A stretch of DNA of 62,662 nucleotides, filler included, from Rhabdomonas costata (Eukaryota): the NCBI GenBank assembly GCA_019059605.1. It is 40 parts of 40 records of this genome, joined end to end, with 100 filler letters (N's around TTAATTAATTAA, not from the genome) between each part and the next. Parts side by side here need not be neighbours in the genome. Positions count along the whole stretch, not along the records: positions 61,194 to 62,662 come from JAHMHO010015131.1; 39 more parts are not named here. The stretch is one strand, 5' to 3'. A program made the position numbers and the translations under genes. The notes beneath the pieces were generated by a model. That model saw only the letters and a program-made list of their open reading frames with translations. It had not been told where the DNA came from and made no database searches. Positions 61,698 to 62,662 of this stretch are shown one piece after another. Within the stretch, counting starts at the first letter, position 1. Every line of letters starts with the position of its first letter.

Positions 61698-62662
61698 CCT
61701 CGTGCAACCCAAACATTCTTCTCACGCCAGTTGCTAGTTCCTGGTGAACCGGTCATATGGATTTTGTTATGCCCAGCTTCGCAGGTCACCGGTGCCAATC
61801 ATTGGCCAATGATTGGCCAATGATTACCCTCCGCCAGCATTGCGGCACAGCGCGCAATTCGTAAACCTGGGTGTTTTCTGCTGCCTTGGTCTTGGATCAA
61901 ACTGCAGCCTGCACCCCTCGCCACCCCACCCGGTGGCGCGAATCGGCCGACGATGCTCAAGTGAAGTGGAGAAGGTGTTGTTTTCTAGGTGCTGTTGTCT
62001 TCATGGGTTTCCCTCGTTCTTTTCCTGCGTTTGCAATGGGTAACCTTCGGCCTTCCGAGAGCTATGTTGCAAGCAAACCTCTGCTGTGTATCGAGTAGGT
62101 TGGGTTGTGCGTGTGTGTTTCTGCTCTGTTCCATGCCAGATGAACCACCTTTTCTGTTTTCTGTTCTTCTGTTGTTGTGCTGCTCTGTACAACTGCGTCG
62201 CGATGTAAGCGTCATTGACCGATGATTGGTTGTTTCGGTAATGCAATTGTTCAATGATTCGGCTGCTTTGGTGTGCTGAGGAAGACACAGCGGCTGCTTG
62301 TCGTGACATGTGCCTTCACGTCTATTTCCACTCACACCGGTGTGCACTCCCCCACAGCGTGGGGCGGCCAGAGCCCCTGCGCAAGTCCGCATCATGCCCA
62401 TTTCCTTGGGATTGGATTAGACGATTATGGGGCTGTTAGAGCTCATGCGCGTAGGGTGTGGGGGATCCCATCTCCGCTCACACGCAAAGGCAGGCCCAAG
62501 CAATTGCATGCTTTTTGCCGTTCCAATTTTCTCAAGTGGCGTTTGGGCAGAATAGCAGTTGGACGGAGGTGCAAACCCAGCCTCAGTTGGTGCTCACTGA
62601 GGTCGATTATTTAAGCTTCCTCCACCGAGAAATCGCCAGTATCCCACACACCCCAAAACAAC

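Noticed and set aside
1-62662. Gene cluster or operon-like system across the window
   Set aside because: The contigs are unlinked and apparently grouped by length, so adjacency across linkers has no meaning.

Overview
This window is not a continuous locus. It is 40 unrelated contigs of about 1.47 kb (1442-1474 bp), joined by 39 artificial 100-bp linkers (N44-TTAATTAATTAA-N44). Contig ends carry G/T-only or A/C-only tails, and three contain TGGGTGTGTTTGG. This points to a GenomePlex-type whole-genome-amplified, highly fragmented assembly. The DNA is eukaryotic, with short GC3-rich exons separated by mostly GT-AG introns. Recognisable gene fragments are a MBOAT wax-ester-synthase-like acyltransferase, two adenylate cyclases (ADCY10-like and receptor-type), a hybrid-type histidine kinase, myosin, USP5/UBP14, Vps18, LRR, PDZ, HEAT and EF-hand proteins, an FkbM-like methyltransferase, a purple acid phosphatase and Cys-rich repeat proteins. 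Gene content, TTAGGG-type repeats and AG acceptors just before start codons suggest a euglenozoan, probably a euglenid. That is inference, not proof. Mobile DNA comprises decayed Merlin and hAT transposases, a palindrome-rich interspersed repeat family and, most interesting, a Penelope-like RT C-terminus with no visible endonuclease followed by (CCCTAA)n, the layout of telomere-targeting retroelements. Candidate non-GT introns occur in myosin and USP5. All protein calls rest on motifs recognised by eye; no database searches were run.
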